Shown: positions 1-10,542, numbered from the stretch's first letter. The stretch: 64,000 nucleotides of DNA from Candidatus Poribacteria bacterium (GCA_965197475.1 CBDANF010000003.1:2688001-2752000); one strand, 5' to 3'. Numbers and translations: made by a program. The notes: generated from the letters alone by a model not told the origin.

Positions 1-2911
1 ACATTTCTCTTTCATAATTAAGCGGTTTTTCGTCGTTTCCAAACAACATTTGCGCGTGGTGGCAGAGTGTGTCTTGCGGCCAAAATGGCGTGCCGACTAT
101 CCATAAGACCTGGACAGCTTCAATATGTGTCTCTATCTTGTGCAACTTTTTATAATCCGCTACAAAACAGACGTTCTGCTTTGCTGTCAGGTCCGCTAAC
201 GTATCAATAATTGGTGTATCTGTGGCAATCGCGTGTTTTATGCTCGGGTCTCTATCAATTTCTGCGCGGATACCTAAAAAGTAACGTTCTCCTAATTTAG
301 ACAACTCGGTAACGTCCGAGTTGAAATCATAGTTTAGAATTTCATGTAGCGATTTGCTATTTGTGCGGATCTGAAAAACGTTGTTACCTGGCACCCATGC
401 TGTCGGTTCAACACGAATAACATCCATTTCTTCATCCGGGAACACTTTGCGAAGCTGCTGATCGGAGAGGTATGTTGATATTAATAAGAGACGTTTGACG
501 TTTGGATGCAGCTTGGGTGGTATCCAAAACTTCAGATATTTATCGTCCCACTGCATCGGAGCATCAGCATCCCGCAGATAATGCGCAAAGAAACGCTGCA
601 ACTGATGCCAATACGTCCAATTTGGATCACGACAGACGGTGGGAAAAGAATCTATTTTCTCTACGGTTTGGAGATCCAGGATTCCTAATGCGGCGGCTTC
701 TGCCATCTGCATCGGGATACAGATATCCTCGTTAGGAGGTAAAGGTCGCGATTCGGAGATCGCTCCTACAGTAGGAGGTAAAGGTCGCGATTTGGAGATC
801 GCTCGGACAGCTTCCCGACTGTGGAGTGGTAAAATGGGCAGCTCCATTGCGCGCAGTCTATCTTCAGCATTCGCGTCCAAAGGGATGTGTGCCGTTGCGC
901 CGCCGTGAAAGTCAATTGCGTAACGTGCTAATTCTGTTCCTGTTTTGGTGTCAACAATCCCGCGCGCCACAACTTTGCCCTGTACATTAATGTAACACAT
1001 CTGTTGAATTATCTCAGCTGCGTGTTGTTGGAACGCTTCGACTACAGCGCGAACTGGTCCGACCGGATTACTATATGGGTTGCTTTGTGTTTCAATCGCA
1101 TTCATTAAAGCTACGGCAAAGTTGCCCAAAACATTTCCCCGCCAGTTGACGACCCATTCCTCCACGACTTTTCTTGATAATCTATATTCGGGAAACAGGT
1201 AACTTATTGTTGTTATACGTTCATCAATGATACAGATATGTTCCGGTTCATCAGTGGAACCCAATATCTGTTGTAACAGGTATGTGTATTGTGGATCCAG
1301 AAACAGTTTCCAGATTGACAATATTTGTGCGTTTGTGCGTTGCAATGCAAGCGGTTGTGATAGATACCCGCGTTCTTGGCATGCTGTCCAAACGGGACAC
1401 TGTGGACAGATACTTTCACTTGCATTGCCACCCTTTTCCTCAAACGCACTGAACCGCTCAGGATCCTCACACACATTGCCGTGTTGGAAGGGATTTGTCA
1501 TGCGGACATCTACCGGTATATCTTTCACCTGCTCCCACTGGTGAAAGATATACCGCCTGCGGAAAAAAGAGGACAGTTTTTTTGATCGGTATCGTTGTTC
1601 TGTTGCTTCTGAGATATATGAGTCGGGTATATTTAGGCTGGTTGCATGGTTGTTCAAAAGATAGTCTTCTGTTTCGGTATTCGTTAATATATTTGCTTCG
1701 GTAGCCGTGAGTGCGAGAACACGTGTCCCGCGCTTCAAGATACGTTGTAGCTGCGCTGAATGCTGTTGTAGTGTTTTATGGACCTTTGGTGGTGTCTGCT
1801 GCTTTTGAAGTTTCGGCGGCAAACGTTTTATTGCCAATGGACTTAAGTGTCCCTCCCGAATGACGAGTATTTTTTCGTTGATAGGTGTTGGCATCGAAAT
1901 GCCGGTGTCATCCCATATAGCTGTTATTGGCACAGCATATATTGGAAACTCGGTATTTGGTGTAGCCGCGCGCACCCATACAATGTCCTGGTCCTCCCAT
2001 AGCGACACGTACACATCGTTGTGCGTCCAGTAGTGAAAACCGTTTGCTTCTCGTTCATAAGAAAAACCACGTTTCAAAAACGCTTCTTTCGCAAGATCAA
2101 GATTTTCTGAACCAAGGGATGGTAGGGCAGCGGTATCAGTTTTTAGTGCGTCTTTTAGGAATTTTTCTTGAGGTGATTCAGGTGCGTGAAGTGCAGCACG
2201 GAGGCTATTAATAGGTGCAAAAATCACCTCTTTGGCGATGATAGGTGGCACTAACAGATTACCAAGCAGAATCTCATACCGCATATCCCAGCGGCTGTAA
2301 CCCTCGTTCCCACGTAATTCCAAGTAAATGTCCCGGTGGTTCGGGTTTTCTGGCGTTGGCTTGTGCTTATAGATGAAAAATTTTGCTTCATCGGTGTTCG
2401 GATGCAGGTAATCTTGGATTCGGCAAGTGAACCGAAGTCCGCCGGATTTTGTTATCGTCAACAATGGGGCGGCAGTCGTGTTAATGAGTGCTTCAATACA
2501 AGTAGAAACAGCTTCTGGTTCGGCACAAATCGCGTCATATTTAAATTCAAAGTCGTGCCATCGCGCACTATCACGTTGGGAGGGGATGCCGGTATATATC
2601 TGAATTCCCCATGAGGCATACCACTGTTTCATTCGCCAATCTTCAGCACTTTGCCGCTTCAAGAACCTATCACCACCAAAATCTCGTGGACCTTGATCGT
2701 TTTCAGGCGCATGGCCTATCGGCATAAAGGAGATATCTGCATTCTCAAGTTCATCAAGTGTCAACGGATTGCTGCGTACACAATGCACCTTAATGCAATA
2801 CCGAAAACGTTTGTATAATGCTGTTGTTACCACTGTTCTGCGTTGCCGAAGTGATTCTCTTTCTGCATGCCGTTGGTGACAACGTTCAAAAATATCTTCT
2901 AAAACTTTCAT
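1..2911 (-). CDS. Large protein (3' end runs off the window): divergent Prim-Pol-like N-terminus plus degenerate helicase-like region with a 4-Cys cluster
   Basis: Hand-translated from ATG at 2911 (MKVLEDIFERCHQR..., AGGAAAAGG upstream); frame spot-checked at several points and open to the window edge (...KPLNYEREM). Motifs GIQIYTG, WHDFEF, ITKSGGLRF, LELRGNEGY, VCEDP...ICPQCPVWTAC..RGYLSQ, ICIIDE. Absent from the ORF track because its stop lies outside the window. Confidence 0.75.
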   Translation of the reverse strand, partial: MKVLEDIFERCHQRHAERESLRQRRTVVTTALYKRFRYCIKVHCVRSNPLTLDELENADISFMPIGHAPENDQGPRDFGGDRFLKRQSAEDWRMKQWYASWGIQIYTGIPSQRDSARWHDFEFKYDAICAEPEAVSTCIEALINTTAAPLLTITKSGGLRFTCRIQDYLHPNTDEAKFFIYKHKPTPENPNHRDIYLELRGNEGYSRWDMRYEILLGNLLVPPIIAKEVIFAPINSLRAALHAPESPQEKFLKDALKTDTAALPSLGSENLDLAKEAFLKRGFSYEREANGFHYWTHNDVYVSLWEDQDIVWVRAATPNTEFPIYAVPITAIWDDTGISMPTPINEKILVIREGHLSPLAIKRLPPKLQKQQTPPKVHKTLQQHSAQLQRILKRGTRVLALTATEANILTNTETEDYLLNNHATSLNIPDSYISEATEQRYRSKKLSSFFRRRYIFHQWEQVKDIPVDVRMTNPFQHGNVCEDPERFSAFEEKGGNASESICPQCPVWTACQERGYLSQPLALQRTNAQILSIWKLFLDPQYTYLLQQILGSTDEPEHICIIDERITTISYLFPEYRLSRKVVEEWVVNWRGNVLGNFAVALMNAIETQSNPYSNPVGPVRAVVEAFQQHAAEIIQQMCYINVQGKVVARGIVDTKTGTELARYAIDFHGGATAHIPLDANAEDRLRAMELPILPLHSREAVRAISKSRPLPPTVGAISESRPLPPNEDICIPMQMAEAAALGILDLQTVEKIDSFPTVCRDPNWTYWHQLQRFFAHYLRDADAPMQWDDKYLKFWIPPKLHPNVKRLLLISTYLSDQQLRKVFPDEEMDVIRVEPTAWVPGNNVFQIRTNSKSLHEILNYDFNSDVTELSKLGERYFLGIRAEIDRDPSIKHAIATDTPIIDTLADLTAKQNVCFVADYKKLHKIETHIEAVQVLWIVGTPFWPQDTLCHHAQMLFGNDEKPLNYEREM
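733..810 (-). repeat. Two tandem 39-bp REP-like units in frame within the 1-2911 ORF
   Basis: TAGGAGGTAAAGGTCGCGATT(C/T)GGAGATCGCTC(CT/GG)ACAG x2 on the plus strand; translates as VRAISKSRPLPPT-VGAISESRPLPP. A similar intergenic copy lies at 55988-56015. Confidence 0.8.
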
Positions 2912-2987
2912 GATGTCCGCCTTTTCCTACTGTAGGGTGGGTAAAGTGTAACGTAGATATTTTTGTGGGAGGCGTTTTGAACGCCGA

Positions 2988-4384
2988 TACTTTCTTGTAT
3001 AGGACGGACGCATTTTCTCTTAAAGTCCCCCTGCATAAGGGGGACTTAGGGGGTTAAAAACACGGAAATAACGATTTTGAACTGCGGGATGGACGCATAA
3101 GTGGTAGAATCCTTGATGGCATCTGCCAGTTTAACCCCCTAACCCCCTTATCAAGGGGGAATGCGTCCGTCCTTTTAACCCCCCTAACCCCCCTTATCAA
3201 GGGGGAATGCGTCCGTCCTGTTGTACTACCTTACTTTCTTGTATAGGACGGACGCATTTTCTCTTAAAATCCCCCTGATAAGGGGGACTTAGGGGGTTAA
3301 AAACACGGAAATAACGATTTTGAACTGCGGGATGGACGCATAAGTGGTAGAATCCTTGATGGCATCTGCCAGTTTAACCCCCCTAACCCCCCTTATCAAG
3401 GGGGAATGCGTCCGTCCTTTTAACCCCCCTAACCCCCCTTATCAAGGGGGAATGCGTCCGTCCTTTTAACCCCCCTAACCCCCCTTATCAAGGGGGAATG
3501 CGTCCGTCCTGTTGTACTACCTTACTTTCTTGTATAGGACGGACGCATTTTCTCTTAAAATCCCCCTGATAAGGGGGACTTAGGGGGTTAAAAACACGGA
3601 AATAACGATTTTGAACTGCGAGATGGACGCATAAGTGGTAGAATCCTTGATGGCATCTGCCAGTCTAACCCCCCTAACCCCCCTTATCAAGGGGGAATGC
3701 GTCCGTCCTTTTAACCCCCCTAACCCCCCTTATCAAGGGGGAATGCGTCCGTCCTTTTAACCCCCCTAACCCCCTATCAAGGGGGAATGCGTCCGTCCTT
3801 TTAACCCCCCTTATCAAGGGGGAATGCGTCCGTCCTGTTGTACTACCTTACTTTCTTGTACAGGACGGACGCATTTTCTCTTAAAATCCCCCTGATAAGG
3901 GGGACTTAGGGGGTTAAAAACACGGCAATAACGACTTTGAACTGCGAGATGGACGCATAAGTGGTAGAATCCTTGATGGCATCTGCCAGTCTAACCCCCC
4001 TAACCCCCCTTATCAAGGGGGAATGCGTCCGTCCTTTTAACCCCCCTAACCCCCCTTATCAAGGGGGAATGCGTCCGTCCTGTTGTACTACCTTACTTTC
4101 TTGTATAGGACGGACGCATTTTCTCTTAAAATCCCCCTGATAAGGGGGACTTAGGGGGTTAAAAACACGGAAATAACGATTTTGAACTGCGAGATGGACG
4201 CATAAGTGGTAGAATCCTTGATGGCATCTGCCAGTCTAACCCCCCTAACCCCCCTTATCAAGGGGGAATGCGTCCGTCCTTTTAACCCCCCTAACCCCCC
4301 TTATCAAGGGGGAATGCGTCCGTCCTTTTAACCCCCCTAACCCCCCTTATCAAGGGGGAATGCGTCCGTCCTGTTGTACTACCT
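2988..4384. repeat. Tandem array of 5 MITE-containing units (244/291/326/245/291 bp) with nested ~46-bp subrepeats
   Basis: Units start at 2988, 3232, 3523, 3849 and 4094. Each is TTGTA-[(T/C)AGGACGGACGCATT...AATGCGTCCGTCCTG]-TTGTA; the right-end subrepeat occurs 2, 3, 4, 2 and 3 times. Confidence 0.9.
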
Positions 4385-4804
4385 TTAAATTGACACCTAT
4401 AGGCAAAGCGTAAGCGAAACCCGTGAAATGCACGTGTGGCATTCCGCCCGTATGGTATTCTGCATGATTCATCCAAATCAACGCTGAATGCGCGTTCGGT
4501 TTCCGGACCGAACCGCATTCGGTGCTAACAGGGATATTTAACCAACTTCTTACATGTTCTTGTGCGTTGATGTGGACAAAAGCTACACGCAAAATCATGC
4601 AGAATACCAAACGCGCATTCTGTCACGCGGTTGTCGGCAGAGAAACCCAAGGACTCCCCTACAATGTTAAACAAGGCGAAATGCCAAATTAACACCGATT
4701 CCCCTATAATGTGATAAATTGCTGAGTTTCCGGTTGTTCCAACTAACTTATAGACTGTTGATCGGTAAGCTTAGGCAAGTATACCTACCGTCGTCTTATA
4801 TCTT

Positions 4805-4926
4805 CAGGACTTACGCATTCCCCCCTTGATAAGGGGGTTAGGGGGTTAAATAGGCAGAATTTGGTGCTTTTAACCCCCTAAATCCCCCTTATCAGTGGGA
4901 CTTTTAAACACATTGCGTAAGTCCTG
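4805..4926. mobile_element. MITE, CAGGACTTACGCA family, 5-bp TSD ATCTT
   Basis: TIRs CAGGACTTACGCA/TGCGTAAGTCCTG; ATCTT at 4800-4804 and 4927-4931; internal CCCCCTTGATAAGGGGG palindrome. Confidence 0.85.
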
Positions 4927-4930
4927 ATCT

Positions 4931-5089
4931 TATAGTAAAATCTGTAATTATCTGGACACTGCTGTAGCGTCCACTTTCAGTTTGCGCAAGGACGACACAA
5001 ACTAAAAGTTTGTGCTACAAAATATGCGGTAGGAACTGTTTCCCAACTGGACCGATAACAATGTCCAAGTAATTCTAAAATCTACTATA
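4931..5089. mobile_element. MITE-like element with imperfect 28-bp inverted ends
   Basis: TATAGTAAAATCTGTAATTATCTGGACA ... TGTCCAAGTAATTCTAAAATCTACTATA, enclosing REP-like palindromes. Confidence 0.55.
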
Positions 5090-5193
5090 ATATATTAACA
5101 CAAAACCTAATTTTTATCAAGGTTTTTACATTTATGGTGAATTAACGTGAGCTCGGTGTCCGAGATGTGAATTTTTTAATTCTTGAATTCTAC

Positions 5194-5279
5194 TTTCACA
5201 GCCACGGTAGGTGCGGTTTTCACAGCCACGGTAGGTGCGGTTTTCACAGCCACGGTAGGTGCGGTTTCCTAACCGCACC
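5194..5279. repeat. 3 x 24-bp tandem repeat ending in a GTAG-type REP hairpin
   Basis: TTTCACAGCCACGGTAGGTGCGGT x3, completed by GGTGCGGTTTCCTAACCGCACC; related REP at about 60081-60102. Confidence 0.8.
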
Positions 5280-5899
5280 ATAGGCATTAATTTAAAAAAT
5301 GTCTGTGTTTTTATAAACATTGCTCAATGCGTATGATGATTGAAACTGTCCCATATTTAGCCCCGCCAAATGCGCTTGGCAGAATACGCGTATGGTATTC
5401 TGCATGATTTGGCGGGGTTCAAGAGACTGTTTGGGACTGTTTTCTGGACACATTCCGCACCGCTGGTGATGCTATCGTCACAAATCAGTATCTTTTTTGC
5501 ATATAGCACACTAAATTGACAGTTATGGGTTTCGCTACGCTCTACCCAACTTACGAACTCAAAAATGTCAAATTCTCACATAAAATGTAGAATTTTCACA
5601 TCAAATGCAGAATATTCGCAAAAAATGTGTGTTTTTTGTAATTTTTACTTGACTTCTAACGTATAATAGTATACAATATGTCATGTAATTCATTTTAAGA
5701 CATACATATTGTATAATAATGAAAAACTTAATTTGTTTAATATTAAGTTTAATGTTATAATTAATCTGTGTTCTATATGAGACTTCAAGTGACGGAGTAG
5801 CGAACCAGAACCTTGAACGCACATAAAATTAGGTATTGGTAAGTCCATACAACATAGAAAAACTGATAAGTTCCGTTATGGAGTCCCATTTATGTTATT

Positions 5900-5954
5900 T
5901 AATGTAAAGACAAATAAAAAATAATTTGACTTTACATTAGTTTTAACTTATAAT
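5900..5954 (+). promoter_or_regulatory. Sigma70-type promoter for the 6257 gene with an overlapping inverted repeat
   Basis: TTGACT(5926)-17 bp-TATAAT(5949); TAATGTAAAG (5900-5909) and CTTTACATTA (5930-5939) form an inverted repeat overlapping the -35. Confidence 0.6.
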
Positions 5955-6256
5955 TAATATATTAGAAAGATGCAGGTGTTGTTATCATCTGCATTGGACA
6001 ATGTAGGTTAGAGCAAAGCAAAGTCCATTCGTAAAGGTAAATGCTTCGCTCAAGATGCAAAGAAACAATTGGTAACCGCACAATTTATACGTAGACAGAC
6101 TGGGTGTGGTATTGATTGAGATAGGTAAACAGGTAATCCCTGTTTTTTACACAATATTAATACACAATATTAATATTTGAGATTGGAAGATTAGATTAAG
6201 AGGATTTAATTCCCTGAATCTTAACTTAATTTTAGTTATTTATAGGAGATTTTATA

Positions 6257-9200
6257 ATGAACCTGTCAAATCGATTGACATTTTCTTTAGTTTTTTCTGT
6301 TTTGCTCGTTGCAGGGTTTGCCCTTGTGCCGACCGTAATGGCGGCAGAAGGCGGTCCAACAGCGACAATTACGATTGACGACTCAATGACCACGGGTATT
6401 GACGGTGATGGCAATGGTGATTTTACTGATACGGGCGATGTCGCCCCAGTAGATACTGTGGATGGCGCGAATGTGTTGCTCACAAATTCAGCGCGCGAGA
6501 CGCTCGTTACAAGTGGCACCGGTTATTTTCGTGTGAAAGTCGTGTTTAGTGAGGCAGTTTTTGCTAATCCTAATGAGACTGATGTAGACAATCCAGATAC
6601 ACCAATTGCGAATGGTGATCTTGGTGCTACCTTAACTGGCGCGGATGCTGTTTGGAATATTGTAGCTGGAGCAGTTCGTGGTGGAGCAGAGGTCACTGGT
6701 ATAACAGTCGATAGTATTGAGCGTGTTGACACAGACGATGACCCAAATGTGGAAGTGCTTTCCAAGACCGATTTTCTGGTAACACTATTAGTCGATTCTG
6801 ATGACGTGCCGTTAATAATAACCCTCACACTTAACGAGAATCAAGTCTTCGGTGTAGGCACACCATTTCGGTCTCCTCCGCCCACAGCTGCGGTTCCTGG
6901 TATAAGCAACCAAGAAGCAAGTGCAACTTTCACTGTCATTCCAAAAGAGTTGTTAAACCCGGATGTTGCGGTTTCTGCAAGTGAGATCGGACTTGGCGAG
7001 ACGGTTACTTTGACATTGACGTTTGATGAAGCTCCTACCGGTGGTGATGTCCCTTCTCGCACTAACATTACGGTTACGAACGGAAGTATTCTTCCAGACG
7101 ATCTTACCACAGTTGGTGATGATGGGTTATATTCAAACGCCGATGCAACTACCGATCCTAATACGATATGGACAATAGTAGTTATCCCGCGAGGTGGTAT
7201 TGGCACTTTCTACAAAATGAAAGTAGAAGCAGTAGCCGGTGCGCCTTTCGTCCTCTCGGAAGAAATTACTGTTGATAGCACGCCACTATCGCAACAGATT
7301 GATATTGAAACAGATTCTACTTCTGACTCTCGAAAAGGTGGTGCGGAGTTTACGGTAAAAATTGTATATAACGTAGCACCATCAGATCCCCTTACTGCAG
7401 CGGGTGTTACAGTTGAAGGCGGCGATAAAGGAGAGTTTTCGGGATCAGGCACAACCTACTTCTTGGTAGTGGAGCCCGACACTCCAGATGCGGGTGAAAC
7501 TGATGAACTGACGGTATCTGTCGGTCAGTATAGTCGGTCTTTCGATATCCTCGGCATAGAGGTGGAAAAGGAGGTGGAAGAGGAGGAGGATGCTATTTCT
7601 CGGATCACAAGCGAGGAATTCGCTATTCCCAAAAATAGTTTTGTTGTTGTCGTTAGAGACATTGGAACACCAGGAGATACCACAGCAGATCCGCCAATAC
7701 CTGCATCACTGATACCGGAAGGTCAAGTATTCCGTGCTGGTGTTACGAAAAAAGAATGGGCAACTATGCCAAACCTACAGGAGTTATTTGATAGAACTGC
7801 TCCCGGTGGTGGTGGCGCACTTGTTGTGGAAGATGCTGCTGATCCTGCAAATATCTCTGTCGGTAGAGTCGGTATCAGTGAAATTATGTGGGGTATAGAT
7901 GAAGGTAAACTCGGTTTAGCAAGTCAAAGTGCCTCACAGTGGATTGAACTTCACAACATCTCCGATAAAGATGTGATGGTCAAACTACATTCACTCACAG
8001 GTCGCGATATTACCGATGACACCAAACTCACAGGTAGCCTTACAGCTCGCACAATTGATGTAGTGACGAACTTCTTTAACAATCGTCCAGGTGGCGTAGC
8101 GTGGGATGTGCCAGGTTCAAACGGTAATACCGTATCAGGCGCAAATTTCGTCTCAATGGCACGCAAGCTACCAGATAAGAAGGGTGCTTATGCCGATGCC
8201 AGTGGTGCAAGGTATAGCAACCGAGATGGTAGAGCGTCAGGGAGTTGGACGACATCTTCAAACGTTTATGTACGGAAGGCAGTGTCTGTTGGTGATGTGC
8301 AGGTGGTTTATGAATATAAAGGCACACCCGGACAGGTGAATTCGTTTGAACCTGAGAAACAGCCGCACACTAGAGATAGCCGAACAAATGTTCCAAGTGA
8401 TGCGATTGTCATCAACGAGGTCGCGAACCGTTCTGATACGGATAAAAAGTACGAGTGGATTGAGCTTCGCAATGCCTCTGGCAGTGAAAAAAACCTGCGG
8501 AAATACAGAATCTCTAAGGTAATTGATGATGATACTGACCAACTCCTTATTGAATTCCCGAACGATGATAAAGCCAAGATTCCTGCAGGTGGTGTGCTAC
8601 TCTTAGTTGCATCCGATCCAGCAACTGATCCGAATCATCCGCTTGTCCCTGGACGCAACGTCTCTAAAAGTCAAGCAGAACATTTACAATGGGAATGGAA
8701 CAGTCCAATTCGGTATAAGGTCATTGAGTTTAAGAATAATGGTCTACCAGACAGTGGTAAGTTCGTGCTGATTGTGCGCAGACCAGACAGTGCTAGTGAT
8801 GCCGCTGAACTTGGTAAAGATGACCTTGACAAAATTGTGGATATTGCTGGATGGCACGATAATTTGGATAGATCTGACTATTCTAATGCAGTTTCATCCA
8901 CTGATCTATGGCCACTGAGAGCGTTTAAGGCACCAGAGTTCACTGATAACAAGCTTGAAGTAAACAAGGTTCACTATCGCCAGCATAAGACAACGAAAGA
9001 TGGTCGTAGTGGTGTTGGTTCTACGGCTAATTCAACCTCCGACAGTACGGCAGCATTCCGAGATGCTGGGTTCACAGGTGTCGGCTATAAACGTCGCATC
9101 ACAGGCGGAGCCGTTTATGGGGGAACACCCGGTTATGATAACGGTGCACTGAAACCAAAAGATGGCGTTATCACAGGTCCTGTCTATATCAGTGAAATTA

Positions 9201-10255
9201 TGTATGCTGATGGACCAAACGGCTCACTCCCACAGTGGATTGAACTCCGTAACCCGTCTAAGACTGTTGGTGCAGACTTACACAACTGGCGGCTTACCAT
9301 CATCAATCACGATTCGACTGATGCTGATGGCACGCAATGGGGCGGTAAAGCCGATGCAAGTATCCTGCTCAACAGGTTGAAAATTAAACCGAATTCGTCT
9401 GTGCTGATTGCCTCATCCAGAGCACCTCGGTTTGACGTTCGCCTTCCCAATACTGATATCTTTACCCTGTTCCCGGCACATAGAAACACTTTCGGTATGT
9501 CAGGTCCTGGTAGTGATGTTATCAATATCTATGGCTTCAAAATCACGCTGCATGCCAGAGGTAACGAATCATCGAGTAGCCGGCAGTTAGTTGACGAAGT
9601 CAGTAACCTCGCTGATCGGAGAGATGCAAAGCGAGGAGAGAGAACGGATACGGAACGTTATGATGCTCCTCGTTGGGCATGGCCGGATGCACATACCGCA
9701 GATGGTGATCGTATCTCAGTCGCTCGTGCTAATACGAATACTGCTACTGAAGCATACAATCGTGGTATCGCTGATGGAAAAACAGCCGCAGGTTGGGTGC
9801 TCTCCAGTGATGATGGCAGAATCCACAGAATCGACGTAACCTATTATGGGAACGAAGACGATATTAGCACACCGGGTCAAACCGTTCGTTCACCACTACC
9901 AGTTTCATTGTCCTCTTTCCGTCCATCAGTGCAAGACGGCAAAGTCGTTGTCCGATGGACAACCGAATCGGAACTTGACAACGCTGGATTTAATATCCTC
10001 CGTAGCGATAGCCGGAACGGTGAGTTCAAAAAGGTCAACGCTAAGATGATCCAAGGTCATGGTACCACAGGTGAACGTAATACCTATAAATGGGTTGATG
10101 CTACAGCGAAACCCGGTTTTGTATATTATTATCAAATTGAAGACGTATCCTTCGCCGGTGAGCGTCAAACGCTCATGACCACTAAGTTGAAAGGCTTGAT
10201 CTCGGCAAAGAACAAGCTGACCACATTGTGGGGCGGATTGAAAGAGGTACAATAG
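6257..10255 (+). CDS. Large secreted protein with Ig-like and lamin-tail (LTD) domains and a Poribacteria-type C-terminus
   Basis: Signal peptide; three LTD-like motifs (ISEIMW..QWIELHN, INEVAN..EWIELRN, ISEIMY..QWIELRN); PLPVSLSSF..VRWTTESELDNAGFNILRS domain; ends KLTTLWGGLKEVQ; SD AGGAG. Confidence 0.85.
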   Translation: MNLSNRLTFSLVFSVLLVAGFALVPTVMAAEGGPTATITIDDSMTTGIDGDGNGDFTDTGDVAPVDTVDGANVLLTNSARETLVTSGTGYFRVKVVFSEAVFANPNETDVDNPDTPIANGDLGATLTGADAVWNIVAGAVRGGAEVTGITVDSIERVDTDDDPNVEVLSKTDFLVTLLVDSDDVPLIITLTLNENQVFGVGTPFRSPPPTAAVPGISNQEASATFTVIPKELLNPDVAVSASEIGLGETVTLTLTFDEAPTGGDVPSRTNITVTNGSILPDDLTTVGDDGLYSNADATTDPNTIWTIVVIPRGGIGTFYKMKVEAVAGAPFVLSEEITVDSTPLSQQIDIETDSTSDSRKGGAEFTVKIVYNVAPSDPLTAAGVTVEGGDKGEFSGSGTTYFLVVEPDTPDAGETDELTVSVGQYSRSFDILGIEVEKEVEEEEDAISRITSEEFAIPKNSFVVVVRDIGTPGDTTADPPIPASLIPEGQVFRAGVTKKEWATMPNLQELFDRTAPGGGGALVVEDAADPANISVGRVGISEIMWGIDEGKLGLASQSASQWIELHNISDKDVMVKLHSLTGRDITDDTKLTGSLTARTIDVVTNFFNNRPGGVAWDVPGSNGNTVSGANFVSMARKLPDKKGAYADASGARYSNRDGRASGSWTTSSNVYVRKAVSVGDVQVVYEYKGTPGQVNSFEPEKQPHTRDSRTNVPSDAIVINEVANRSDTDKKYEWIELRNASGSEKNLRKYRISKVIDDDTDQLLIEFPNDDKAKIPAGGVLLLVASDPATDPNHPLVPGRNVSKSQAEHLQWEWNSPIRYKVIEFKNNGLPDSGKFVLIVRRPDSASDAAELGKDDLDKIVDIAGWHDNLDRSDYSNAVSSTDLWPLRAFKAPEFTDNKLEVNKVHYRQHKTTKDGRSGVGSTANSTSDSTAAFRDAGFTGVGYKRRITGGAVYGGTPGYDNGALKPKDGVITGPVYISEIMYADGPNGSLPQWIELRNPSKTVGADLHNWRLTIINHDSTDADGTQWGGKADASILLNRLKIKPNSSVLIASSRAPRFDVRLPNTDIFTLFPAHRNTFGMSGPGSDVINIYGFKITLHARGNESSSSRQLVDEVSNLADRRDAKRGERTDTERYDAPRWAWPDAHTADGDRISVARANTNTATEAYNRGIADGKTAAGWVLSSDDGRIHRIDVTYYGNEDDISTPGQTVRSPLPVSLSSFRPSVQDGKVVVRWTTESELDNAGFNILRSDSRNGEFKKVNAKMIQGHGTTGERNTYKWVDATAKPGFVYYYQIEDVSFAGERQTLMTTKLKGLISAKNKLTTLWGGLKEVQ

Positions 10256-10290
10256 GGTTAAATTCAGGGATATTTAACCAGTTCTCCTCA

Positions 10291-10316
10291 AATAAGGATA
10301 CTGCAGTATCCTTATT
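10291..10316. other. Perfect 26-bp palindrome
   Basis: AATAAGGATACTGCAGTATCCTTATT is its own reverse complement. Confidence 0.8.
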
Positions 10317-10431
10317 GAAGGAAATCTTTCTAAAACAACTATTCCCATTTAGGAAACTGCAGTATTTTCCGGTGCAGCAGTTTCCTACGGGGATAGCTTA
10401 ATTAACCTAACCTAATCCAACTAACCTATCT

Positions 10432-10472
10432 AATAGGAGACTTGCGCCCGCAAGTTTCCTATTTTAACTTTT
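10432..10472 (+). terminator. Intrinsic terminator-like hairpin downstream of the LTD gene
   Basis: AATAGGAGACTTGCG-CC-CGCAAGTTTCCTATT followed by TTAACTTTT. Confidence 0.6.
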
Positions 10473-10542
10473 AACGCAGCTGGTTCACAAGTCCCCTTGA
10501 TAAGGGGGATTTAGGGGTTAAAATACCGAATGGTTTCCGATC

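Noticed and set aside
502-2614. Short ORFs listed in the track across 502-2614
   Set aside because: Shadows of the long minus-strand ORF 1-2911.
2988-4384. CRISPR array
   Set aside because: Sequences between repeats are near-identical rather than unique spacers; no cas genes; structure explained by MITE amplification.
6000-6070. c-di-GMP-I riboswitch
   Set aside because: GCAAA and a hairpin are present, but I could not fit the two-stem consensus.
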